Below are positions 52,369-64,000 of a stretch of DNA of 64,000 nucleotides, piece after piece. The first letter of the stretch is position 1; every line of letters begins with the position of its first letter. The translations under genes were made by a program, and so were the position numbers. The DNA is taken from the NCBI GenBank assembly GCA_951406725.2, contig OX597831.1, forward strand, positions 26,040,001 to 26,104,000, in the 5' to 3' direction. This DNA is from Octopus vulgaris. Its lineage: Eukaryota. The notes below the pieces were generated by a model. That model saw nothing but the letters and a program-made list of their open reading frames with translations. It was not told the DNA's origin and searched no databases.

Positions 52369-52719
52369 TGCTTGTGCTAATATTGCTGTTACTGCAGTCC
52401 TCTTTCTGTCATTGATTTTTGGTGAATGAGGTAGTTTGGTACTACTACCCTCATTTGCAATTCTGGTCATACAATTGGTTCAGCTGGGATTTCAAACAGG
52501 AGAATATCCAAGACCTCTTTTGATTTTTATTAATACATTCACATCCACTCCATTTACATTTCTCAAGTTTTTTGGTTAGATATTAAAAAGCAGTGAGCCT
52601 TTGAACTGTAAGCCTTTTGATGAGTCAGGTGGGATCTTTGAAACCACACATTGGTAACCATTTCACTGATTGTTATAACTCACATTACTAAAATTTAGTG
52701 TTAACCCTTCAAGGATCTT

Positions 52720-53055
52720 CCATAGACATGGCTGTGAGGTAAGAAGTTTGCTTCCCAACCACGTTGTTCTGAGTTCAGTCCTACAGCATGGCATCTTCGG
52801 TAAGTGTCTTCCCTCATGAGTCGATTTGGAAGATGGAAACTGCAAAAGCCCATTGTATATGCATGTGTATTTATGCCATTGTATATGTGTAAGTGTGTTT
52901 ATGGCCCTGTAACTTAGCGGTTTCTCAAAAGAGACTAAAGGAATTAGTGCCAGGCTTTAAAGAAATGTACTGGGGTGCCAATTTGTTTGACTAAAATTCT
53001 TCAAGGCAGAGCCCCAGCATGGCTGCAGACAAATGACTGAAACAAAAGATAAAAG
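52720..53055 (+). mobile_element. Old SINE A subfamily copy
   Basis: Divergent homology to family A. Confidence 0.75.
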
Positions 53056-53270
53056 GTATCTGGCAGCTAGTGAGAATGACTGCTTATATAACTGAGTGCA
53101 TGACCATAACAAGGCCACTACAAAAAGCAAGGGCTCCCAGTATAGCTCCCTGAAGCACTCCACTCAATCTTGTTTCATTTCAGAGAGAGAGTATCAAGAG
53201 CTGCATCTGCAAGACTTCTGCCCCTCAAAATGTCCTGCAACCGCTCTCCTGGTTCTCCAAATATGCTGAT

Positions 53271-53500
53271 ACCTATTTCTTTATTACCCACAAGGGGCTA
53301 AACATAAAGGGGACAAACAAGGACAGACATTGGTATTAAGTCGATTACATCGACCCCAGTGCGTAACTGGTACTTAATTTATCGACACCGAAAGGATGAA
53401 AGGCAAAGTCAACCTCGGCGGAATTTGAACTCACAACGTAATGACAGACGAAATATGGCTACGCATTTCGCCCGGCGTGCTAACGTTTCTGCCATGCCTT
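53271..53500 (-). mobile_element. SINE family B
   Basis: Homology to other family B copies. Confidence 0.9.
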
Positions 53501-53825
53501 TTGATCTCATTCTATGATTAATTCCATTGCAAAAATCAAGATATACCACAACCTTATTTGAATGGTTGAGTAACAGTTTCATCTCCCAGTTGTGATGCTG
53601 TAGTTACCAAGTTACCAGTTACCAAGTTATTGTCTTAGAACATAACCAGATTCCATTTGATAATTCATTCCATGACTTTGCTGGTTTGTAAATTTTTAGA
53701 GGTTCCTTTGCTTCCTCCTCTATGAATATGCCTTCCCTTTACTTTTAGTGGTATTTCCCACTTGCCAGGAAGCTTTAGAAAAGTACCTGAAGTGGTTTAG
53801 CTAAAGCCTGATGATAGGTTTTTAA

Positions 53826-54045
53826 CCCTTTAGCATTTAAACTGGTCAAATCCAGCCTAAATATTCTTCATGTTTTACATTCAAACTGACCATATCAAGC
53901 CTCTCACACCCAACTTATACTGACATGCTCAAAATAAACAATCACATCATCTAAACCACTAAGATATAAGATAATGCATGATTAATTCAAAACAATTTGA
54001 TTAAAAAAATATTAGATTTGGCAGGCTAATCTGAAGGCTAAAGAG
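53826..54045. mobile_element. piggyBac-type MITE M1, uninterrupted
   Basis: TTAA|ccctttagc...gctaaagag|TTAA. Confidence 0.75.
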
Positions 54046-54664
54046 TTAAGAGAACTACTTGGGTGCCCATTGAGGCCTAAGACCAAGTTTAAATTCAATT
54101 AATCTATGACTGATATTACATTTTCCTTCTTTATATCATTCAACGTAATGTTTGCCACTTCCCTATGTGTCAAAAGCTACATCTGGTTGATTTATCTCTA
54201 TGTGTTCTAGAGTCAAATTTAAAACACTTTAAAAAGCTTTTTCAGTATTTCACTTCCAATTTTATTGTTCTGCAGTTTGAGTTGTCTCCTTGAAATACTG
54301 GCCCCACTTTGTAATCTCTGCTGGCGCTAACTTTCTATTGAATTAATAGAAACACTTTTAAGATTCCTTTTATACATTTTCTATAGCCCTGGTTTCTCTT
54401 TCTGATCTCTTCTTTTCTTGAAAGTGTTTGCTCTCTTTCAGTTGTCCATTTAAGCTATTTGAAACCGTTGTTCTATGTCCTCGGGTCTTCCCTTTCTGTG
54501 GGTCTGTTATATAAAGTACCATTGAAGACTCTGTGTGTGTGTGTGTGCGTGTGAGTGTGTTTAATACTATATATCATTTGGTCACCAGCAACCATGAGAG
54601 AGTTAATCTATATTCTAGTCTTGATATTGAATACGTTTTCTCTTGTTTTGACACTAACATGTGT

Positions 54665-54696
<32 letters not shown>

Positions 54697-55223
54697 ACAT
54701 CAATTTACTAATCAATGTCGATTTGTCTCTGAAGTCAAATACTTATTCCTCCGTGTTTTGATATGAAAGATACCAGTGTGTTTGTGTGGAAACAAACCTG
54801 TACAGAAGATTTTGTTTGTTAGGCTGCGTAGAAATTTGTACACATTCTTTCACAGATTATCATAAAGTCTATGAGACTGTGGGCACACACATGTGTACAG
54901 TAGTTCAAAATCCTTATTAGCCTTTATATGTGTAATTCTGAAATGCAGTCTCAGGTCGCTGCAGCATTTCCGTGTACTCTTAAGTTTTCGAGTGTACTCT
55001 TAAAAAAGAAATACTTTGAAAGTGAATATTTATTTTAACATGTTCTATTTGACTTTTTTGTTTTCCTGCTTAGTTTCTTAAAGCTGATTAGTTTAATCTG
55101 ATCATCTTTCCTTACAATATCCACTATTAGAAGTTGCATATTTAGTATAATAACCACTGCAGTCAGAAAATTGATTTTTTTTTGATTTTTTTTAGATATG
55201 AAGTCTTTCATTTTTCTTATACA

Positions 55224-55623
55224 AGGCACAGGAGTGGCTGTGTGGTAAGTAGCTTGCTAACCAACCACATGGTTCCGGGTTCAGTCCCACTGTGTGGCAT
55301 CTTGGGCATGTGTCTTCTGCTATAGCCCCGGTCCGACCAATGCCTTGTGAGTGGATTTGGTAGACGGAAACTGAAAGAAGCCTGTCATATATATGTATAT
55401 AAATATATATATGTGTGTGTTTGTGTGTCTGTGTTTTTTCCCCCTAGCATTGCTTGACAACCGATGCTGGTGTGTTTACGTCCCCATCACTTAGCGGTTC
55501 GGCAAAAGAGACCGAGAGAATAAGTACTGGGCTTACAAAGAATAAGTCCCGGGGTCGATTTGTTCGACTAAAGGCGGTGCTCCAGCATGGCCGCAGTCAA
55601 ATGACTGAAACAAGTAAAAGAGA
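55224..55623 (+). mobile_element. SINE family A, full length
   Basis: Homology to other family A copies. Confidence 0.93.
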
Positions 55624-55773
55624 AAACTACAATTTCTGTTTTTAATGACACAAAAGATTAAAACTTAAGGGAATTACAATTCTACGATTCTACTTCATGG
55701 AACATCTGATTGGTAACTTTGTAGAAGTATTTTTCCTTTCATTAATAATTACCAGTAGGTAATTATTAATTAT

Positions 55774-56020
55774 AGGCGCAGGAGTGGCTGTGTGGTAAGT
55801 AGCTTGCTTACCAACCACATGGTTCCCGGTTCATTCCCACTGCGTGGCACCTTTGGCAAGTGTCTTCTGCTGTAGCCTTGGGCTAACCAAAGCCTTGTGA
55901 GAGGATTTGGTAGACGGAAACTGAAAGAAGCCCGTCGTATATATGTATATATATATATGTGTGTGTATATGTGTGTGTATGTTTGTGTGTCTGTGTTTGT
56001 CTCCACAACATTGCTTGACA
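55774..56020 (+). mobile_element. SINE family A, 3' truncated
   Basis: Homology to other family A copies. Confidence 0.9.
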
Positions 56021-57414
56021 GTATTTGGATCTAGGTGATATTCATATCACATTCTTTTCATGGGAAATTTCAGATATATTGGCCAACCCTTCTGAGCCTC
56101 TTATTCTATTCTGAAGAGGGCCAAATTTGTATAAGATTTGGTTTTCAAATGAATATTCCCTTTTCTGCTTCAAGATATAAAGAATGAAGCCATTGGTTGC
56201 GATATTTTCTTATTCATTATATTTATATTAGTTGCGATATTTTCTCATTCATATTTATGGATGGCATCAGAAATGCCATCCACAGAGAGGTTTGTGTCTT
56301 AGAAGGATTCCAGGTATACTACTTCTGTCCTTCTACAATGGCATACTTTCTGTAGTTACTTTCAGCAGTGTGGTGATAGTATTTATTTGAAGTAAAAAGT
56401 CCTCCATACAGAACTCTTTGAATTTTCTTCTTTCCTTTGTCAGAGACTTCTTTTCTATTCTCTACGAAATTTGGCCTTCTACCAATGTTAACAATGTTGT
56501 TATTGTTGCAAAATTATGATTTATAAATAGATTCATTATTGATATTGATGAATCTCTGTGCAGCAATCAATCAAATTAATCAGAAATGCTGTATTGATAA
56601 GGAAAAGCATTTCCTCCTGTATTTTCTGACACACTTAAGCCATTTTCTATACACATCATTTATCCCATTCATTAAAACTCTGAGCAGGTATTCGAAATTT
56701 GTTGTTATTAAAATGGGGTCAAGATAAGCCAGATATTAGATTATCATACTATCAGATGGACTGCTTGGTTTTGTTCCTTTAGCTCTTTATTTAGCCAAAT
56801 ATGGCCAGTTTAAATGCTAAAGGACTATATTATGATTTCCAGTCTCTCTTAGAACTAACTTTGCTTATCAGCCTTCTTGAATTTAATGAAAGAAGCTCCC
56901 AATAACAATAATAGTAAGAAAGATACTTTCTTCTGACTGGTATCAAATTTGGAGGAATCATTCTCTTGGGAATTTATTAATATTTCACGTCTGCATCAAA
57001 TTTTTCCATTACTTCTCAAATTATCCAAACAAAAAAGAATCTGAAACTCTGAAATTGTTTTTAGTGTGGGTAGAATACATATTTGAAAATAGTGTTGCTA
57101 GAATGCACAGGAAATTTCTAATAAGTATTATGATAAAAATATGTCTGGTCTGATGCTTACCTCTCTTACTCAGGAATGAAAAATCATAATTTAATCCTGG
57201 TAATTCTTAAACTCAGAATATAAAGTTATTTAATTACATAATGTAACGCATTTAAATCTGCAGTCTTACCATTTCTTTGATTAGATGAATATGTAAATGA
57301 TTCAGATTTGTTCTTCATAAAGCTTACCTTATTATTAATCCTCCCAACAGTCTTCTTAACAAATTAATGAATTATCAAGATGCATTCAGATGTGAAAAAT
57401 TTATTGATTTATGG

Positions 57415-57503
<89 letters not shown>

Positions 57504-57520
57504 CATATATATATATATAT

Positions 57521-57569
<49 letters not shown>

Positions 57570-57590
57570 TAGACACACACACACACACAA

Positions 57591-57626
<36 letters not shown>

Positions 57627-58057
57627 GATCCATGCCAGCATGGAAAATGGATTTTAAATAATGATGATGATGATATATAAATATATACATCGTTGCTATA
57701 ATGCAAAGGTGTCGTAAGTCCAAAATGGTTTTACAAAAAATAAAAAAAAGAATGCTTTCACCATTCCATAGCAAAACTGTTGTACTACACTTTGACAATT
57801 TTTGATATCTTGGCATATCAGAAACAGCTGGTGGTACGATAGTTTGACCAAAAGAATCGGCTATTGCATGCAAAAATAAATATTGAAAAAAAAAAAAAAT
57901 TTTGCCAAATTTGGACATACGACAGTTTAACATAATAGCAATGATATATATATACACACACATAGTCATGATTCTTTAAGAAAAACAGTATGATGGCTTA
58001 GCTGGTCAAAACTTCAAAGTCACTGTCAATACTATTCTTGTTAAAGAATAATATGTA

Positions 58058-58624
58058 TTGGGTTGCCCGGTAAGTTTGTGCCGATTTATAGTAGCTTACC
58101 TTTCGACTTATTTTAGAACATGGTTGTGTCCATAAATTAGGATTTGACTATGCCTCCATATAAAGCACAGTTTAAGCTATCTTTTCGTGGAAGAAGGTTT
58201 ATGTTCCTATAACCTGTGTTAATTCTATAACCCTTTAATATGGAAGATAAGAAAGTTCATTTTCGGCACTTGATGCTTTGTGAACCAGATAAAAATTGCT
58301 GCAGCTCAGCTGGGATGTATTACCTCACCCTCCATATTCCCCAGATATTGCTCCTTCGGATTTCCACTTATTTAGATCTCTGCAGAATAATCTTAATGGT
58401 AAAAATTTCAATTCCTTGGATGACATAAAAAGATACCTTGATGAATTCTTTGCCATGAAACCACCTCAATTCTGGGAAGAGGGTATTTTTCAAGTTAAAG
58501 GAAAGATGGAGACGCATTGTGTAATAAAATGGTTCATATTTGGTTGATTAAATATGCAATGGCAAGTATTTATTGACCTTTTTCTTTCCTTTAAAACTCG
58601 GCACAAACTTTCCAGACAACCTAA
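58058..58624 (+). mobile_element. Internally deleted mariner transposon
   Basis: TA TSD; TIRs ttgggttgcccggtaagtttgtgccga / tcggcacaaactttccagacaacctaa; transposase N-terminus MEDKKVHFRHLML joined to C-terminus WDVLPHPPYSPDIAPSDFHLFRSL. Confidence 0.93.
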
Positions 58625-59039
58625 TACTTCACAAAAAATATGGAGTAGTCCTTCAGTTTAATGTACAATCGTTTTTATTACAATTTAACACACACACGTG
58701 TGTGTGTGCAGTGCTATGAGCTTTGCTTCATTACGTGAAACCAATTAGATTAGTGAGGTCAAACAGTGCACCTTTCCCTAATATTCCTGTTTCTTTTCTT
58801 TGTTTACAACAACAGCAAGTTGTAAAATACTGTTGCTTAGTTTGCTTACAGTCGTGATGCTAGTAACACTAGTATGATTGATGTTTATTGTTGAAGATAA
58901 TTTATGAGTTCATGGCATTATTAGGAATTTTTGGATCATTTCCAATAATCTGGGCAGTGAGTGAAGCCAATCTTGCTTACCATTTCTCTCGTATTCATTC
59001 ATGAACAGGAATATTGTCAGACGTAAATAGGCCGGTATC

Positions 59040-59565
59040 TTTAATCTTTTACTTGTTCCATTCATTAGATTGTGGCCATACTGGGGCACTGCCTTGAACA
59101 ATTTTAGTCGAATGAATTGACTCACCCCACCTCCACCCCCACCCAGTACTTCCTTTTTGTTTTAAAAGCATGGTACTTATTCCATCAGTATCTTTTGCCA
59201 AACTGCTAAGTTACAGGGACCTAAATGTACCAGTACCTATTTCTTTATTACCCACAAGGGGCTAAACACAGAGGGGACAAACAAGGACAGACATAGGTAT
59301 TAAGTCGATTATATCGACCCCAGTGCGTAACTGGTACTTAATTTATCGACCCCGAAAGGATGAAAAATGTACCAGTACCTGTTGTCAAGCAGTAGTGGGG
59401 GACAAACATTGATGCAAACAGCTCCCTCCCCCCCACATATGACAGGCTTCTTTCAGTTTACATCTACCAAATCTACTCAAATGGCTTTGGTTTGCTTGAG
59501 GCTCTAGTAGCAGACACTTGTCCAAGGTGCCAACAGACTTCCTACCACATAGCTATGCTGGTGCT
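59040..59565 (-). mobile_element. Old SINE A copy with a nested 5'-truncated SINE B (59239-59364)
   Basis: 16-bp TSD aaatgtaccagtacct at 59223-59238 and 59365-59380. Confidence 0.85.
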
Positions 59566-59879
59566 CAAAAAAAGAGACAGCATTACGTTTAACTCCCAGC
59601 ATTAGTGATATAATCTTTTCATCCCTGCCTTTATATTTTCAAATTGTTTTATTTAATACAAAAAGCTAAACAGAATTTCTTAGACTGAAGACTCTACTTT
59701 TACCAAAAGTAATTGATTTTTGCTTTATCTTGTCTTCCCCACCCCTCCTTTCACTTTTCGTTACACAGAGAGTCTCAGAGTATTCTAGGACACATTTTAC
59801 TCATAACAGCGATTTCTGACATACAGTATTTACTGAAAAAGTTGACTAATAGAGAAAATATAATAACTCAAAGTATCTT

Positions 59880-60440
59880 CTTCCTGAAGAGAAGGGCCAG
59901 TTATTGGTACATGGTCCTAGTTATGTTAAGGATGTCCTTTCATCTGGAGAGATCCACAGTGATTTTGAGACCCAACATTTGTAGCGCATAAGAATGCTGT
60001 GCTTAAGTACTGTTTATGGTTAAGGGGAGGTGTTGTGCGATGATGTTTTTTTAATATGAGTAGCATTGGTGTTTTGTTGCTGCTGAAAGAACCAAGTTTT
60101 GCGTATGATTGGGAGTGGATGATGAATGATAGGGGCATATTAAGGAGGAACGATGGTTAGTGACATTTGTAAGAGTGGGTGTTGGTGGATATGGCAGCAA
60201 ATATAGTAGTGTATAGATGGATGAAAGGAAGGGCAAAATTGAACCCTGGTTCACACTGGAATTGATAAAATGATGACCGGGAACACTTGTAGTAATACTG
60301 CATCAACACTTGTAGTAATACTGCAATCTGATGGGAAGTTACTGATCAAAGGAAATGAAAGATAACGGATCCAATGAACTGGAAGTTTCAAAGATTGGTC
60401 AAGAGTGAAGCACACATGTTGTCAGAAGGAGTTTGCATAA
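59880..60440 (-). pseudogene. Possible highly degraded Penelope-like RT fragment
   Basis: Frameshifted minus-strand remnants loosely resembling PLE RT motifs (FT...SL.FLD...YYK; LPF...L..IC); by-eye match only. Confidence 0.3.
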
Positions 60441-62416
60441 AATTAGTGGAGGTCTGACTTGTATACTATTGTATGCATAGTACATGGGTACATAGTATAA
60501 GGATATATAGTACATTGATACATGGATGCATAGTACATGGTACATGGATATATATAGTGCAATTATAATACAGGATAAAATAGCTTGAGATATTAAGTTA
60601 TGCCCTTTTACATTATGAGTTCAAATCCCACCAAAGTTGATTTACCTTTCCAGAGTTAATAAAATCAGTACCAAGATTTTTTTGTTTTTTTATATTTTTT
60701 CCTTGTTTCTGTATTTGGTGAGGCTGTAAAGAAGAGCATTGCCACATGGAGTTGGTACAACTGACTGTTTTTCACCCACAAAAATATGCTTGTGTGTTTT
60801 GGACAAAAAAAAACCTTACAGTATTTAGTTATGTCCCTTTATTCTGAGTTAAATACTGCTGAGGTCGACTTTGTCTTTCATCCTTACTTATTGATAAAAT
60901 AACCACCAGTCTGGTGTGCACCATGGTATACATACTCGACTGTTCACTTGCCAAAGTTTCTGACCTTGTTCCTAAACAAGAAACTACATTATTGGAGCGG
61001 TGGATTAGGAGGGTTGATCAAGTGCTGGGAAAACACCTTAAGTTAAGTTCAAATGTAACCAGGATTAAATTTATCAACCATCCTTCTGGCATCGATTTGA
61101 TAGATACCTCTCAAGTACTAAGGTCATCATTGACACCATCATCTTCTTGATCATTACTATCATTATCATTATCATTATCATCATCATCATCATCGTAATC
61201 AACATAATTGTTATTAATGAGCAAAATGTCAATAAAAGCTGTTGTATTGTAGACACACACACAAACATAGATCATACATACATACACACACTCACAAATA
61301 TGCATACATATAAACACACACAAACATACACCCGCCAATCCACAAACACACACACACACTCACATACACGTGCACACACACACGTGCACATAGATATCAC
61401 AGTTAATGTGGATCAATATTCTTAAAACAGAAGGCAACTTTAATCTAAGGGTGAGAAAATGAAAGCAAGAAAGAGAGAGAGAAAGACAGAGAGAGAGGGA
61501 GAAACGACAGAGAGAGAGGGAGAAAGAGTGACTGAGTGGAAGAGTGTGTGAATGAGTGCATGAAAAGGAGGAGGAGAGAGAAAGAGGGAGAGCAAGAAGA
61601 GAGAGAGAGATTTCCTTTTTAAATTAATAAGCTATATAATGCTATATAATTCCATAACTGATGAAGGAAAAACAAGATAAAAAAAGAACTTTCTTTAAAA
61701 TCACTGATAAAATTCATTCACTCATATCAATGATGTCTTTCTATAATTTTCTATGTTTTTTGTTTTCCATATTCACATCATCTCAATTTTTTTTTTGTTC
61801 TTTACATTTTATCATCATAACCATTATCATTTTACTTCTTTTTATCATTATCATCATCATTATTATTATCATTATTATTATTATTATTATTATTATTTTT
61901 TTAATATTTTTTTTTTTAGATTTTATTCTTTGCTTTATATTTTTTATTGCTACAATGGATTCATTGAAAGATTGCTGAATATCATATCTTGGTATTTTGT
62001 TTTCTAAGTGTGAGTTAACTAAAAACAATAGCTCACAGTTCTGTTATTTTACTTTTTTGTTGTTAGGTTATTGTTATTTTTTTTTTTTTTTACTAATATG
62101 TATGCCTCTGTAGAAATGTTATTTTATGCTGGTTGTTTTTTTTTAATTCCAAAGTGGGGATTTTTTTGTCATATTTATTTAGTTTATTTTGTTTCTTCTT
62201 TAATTCCTCTTCCATTTACTCTCTATGTTTTGTTCTTTTTTTGTTTTGTTTTTTTTTCATTAGTTTTAAAACTACTGGAAAAGAAAAAAATATAGATAGG
62301 TAGGCAGATTAAGCAAATATAAAAAATAACAGACACTGAGAACTAGTAAAAGATAGAGAGATAGATGTTAATCTTACTGAATATGTATTTACTGATCAAG
62401 TTTAATCTAAGGTAAC

Positions 62417-62417
<1 letters not shown>

Positions 62418-62454
<37 letters not shown>

Positions 62455-62750
62455 GTGTAAGAGAGAGAGAGAGAGAGCAAGAATATATAAGAGAGAGAAA
62501 AATTGTGTGTAAGTGAGAGAGAGAGCAAGAGAGTGTGTATAAGTGAGAGAGGGAGCATATAAGAGAGAGAGATACTATAATAGAGAGAGAGAGACAGTAA
62601 TAAGGACTTATGAGAGAGAGAGAGAGAGAGATACTGTAAGAGAGAGAGAGAGAAACAGTAAGAGAGAGAGACTGTGTGTGTGTGAGAGAGAGAGAAAGAA
62701 AGTGATACACACTCACACACATGTAGTTAGTAAGACACACACACACACAC
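62418..62750. repeat. Degenerate (GA)n-rich tract upstream of the candidate exon
   Basis: Directly visible. Confidence 0.9.
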
Positions 62751-63188
62751 AAATAGAAATAAAATTAACATAACTACAAAATAAGAGGATGATCAATCTA
62801 TAAAAAAAACACAAACTTCAATACAATAAAAATAAAAACATCAAGCTGCAGTTGTCTTTTTATCTTAGTTTTTGAGACTATTTCAATTCGAAAGTTGAAA
62901 TGTAAGAGGATACTTATAAATAAAGGAGCTAAAATATCCAAGACTCATTTATGTTCACATTTCCAACTGGACAAATCTACAATTCGGACTCACTTATAAA
63001 ACTCATAATTAGGTCTAAATTTCTTCTGACCTGATCTTATAATCTGCAATTCTTGACATTCACAGTTCTCTGGTCTGAAACTAAAATCTGAAATCCAGAC
63101 TCGCTAATCTCTTAATCTCTTTAAGTCAAACTTCAGAATCAGACTGGCTTACTTTTTCGTTTCTTCCGGCCACCAGAGTAAGGACAGT

Positions 63189-63243
63189 ATGCACACAAAT
63201 GTGCAAGCTCACGTTGCAGTTGAATCCGCTCATAAAAAATACG
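63189..63243 (+). CDS. Candidate first coding exon, MHTNVQAHVAVESAHKKY(G), gene unidentified
   Basis: In-frame TAA at 63105-63107; ATG 63189; G|GTATTT donor, phase 1; same 55-nt coding length as 49718-49772 and shared MHxNVQAxVA. Confidence 0.6.
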
Positions 63244-63718
63244 GTATTTTCATTTCAAATTTGACTCATTTTAACAATTTTTATGTTATAAAGTTTGTTC
63301 CTGTGTTTCTTAATGAATCGTTCATTGACAGACTTTCTTTTTTTTTTCTTTTTGCCCGTCTTGCTTCATATATTTCATATGTGTATAGACAAATAGATGT
63401 GCTTTTCTTATTTTCATATTTATAACAGATGTGTAGAAATAGGTCCATGAGGAGGTGTTGGTTCTTATATATATATATATATATATATAATATAGTTCAA
63501 TTAAAGGTTAAAAACCTCCTTAAGGGATAATAATATCTGATGAATTTACAAGTTTATTACCTATTATTTATTTTGAATATTTGATTTAATATTCAAAAAT
63601 AAGGTAATAATTAGAGATTATGTCTAGTCTTGTAATTAATATATATAATTATTAATTGATTTATCACTGTTTTCTTATTTTTCTTATATATATGTATACA
63701 TGTATATACATAAATGTG

Positions 63719-63760
<42 letters not shown>

Positions 63761-64000
63761 TTAATTAATGCTTATCTTTATGTCAAGTTATATGTAATAT
63801 AAAAATCAACTTAATCACACACACACATATATATATATATATACACGCACACATGCACACACCTCTCACACACATATATAAATATACTGAAATACCACAT
63901 AGGAGTACAAACCATCAATCAACAGGTAATATTAATTTTTATAACCAGCATTATTTTGTGTTTAACAAATTAGTAAAAACATAACATATATATCAGACAA

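Noticed and set aside
53184-53269. Possible exon 2 for the 49718 exon (tttcag acceptor, phase-compatible frame)
   Set aside because: Stops after 28 codons, has no recognisable motif and abuts a SINE
58240-58547. Functional transposase or SETMAR-like gene
   Set aside because: Most of the ORF is deleted and the remainder is frameshifted
60282-60325. Short tandem duplications (also 30089-30118 and 56196-56252) and the 60470-60560 minisatellite
   Set aside because: Ordinary slippage products
63244-63425. Continuation of the 78-aa ORF after MHTNVQAHVAVESAHKKY
   Set aside because: T-rich read-through past a GT donor at the same position as in the paralogous exon; interpreted as intron

Overview
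This is AT-rich, repeat-dense eukaryotic DNA with many (TA)n, (CA)n, (GA)n and (ATT)n microsatellites. The tRNA-headed SINE families resemble those I recall from Octopus, so an octopod genome is inferred, not verified. No complete protein-coding gene is visible, and nearly all ORF-track entries are microsatellite or SINE artefacts. Four SINE families (my labels A-D, about 45 copies) dominate. Also present are fragments of RTE, CR1/L2, R4/Dong and Penelope-like retroelements, a deleted mariner, hAT/piggyBac/Merlin-type MITEs and Helitron-like elements. Two signals stand out. First, two paralogous + strand candidate first coding exons 13.5 kb apart (49718-49772 MHANVQAQVAATASGKIS; 63189-63243 MHTNVQAHVAVESAHKKY), each 18 codons + 1 nt before a GT donor. 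Second, several unrelated short elements carry Penelope-type hammerhead ribozyme folds, including one fully canonical copy (21947-22045) and a tRNA-headed SINE with a hammerhead tail; several form fold-back inverted duplications. Element boundaries were read by eye and are approximate unless TSDs or TIRs are quoted.
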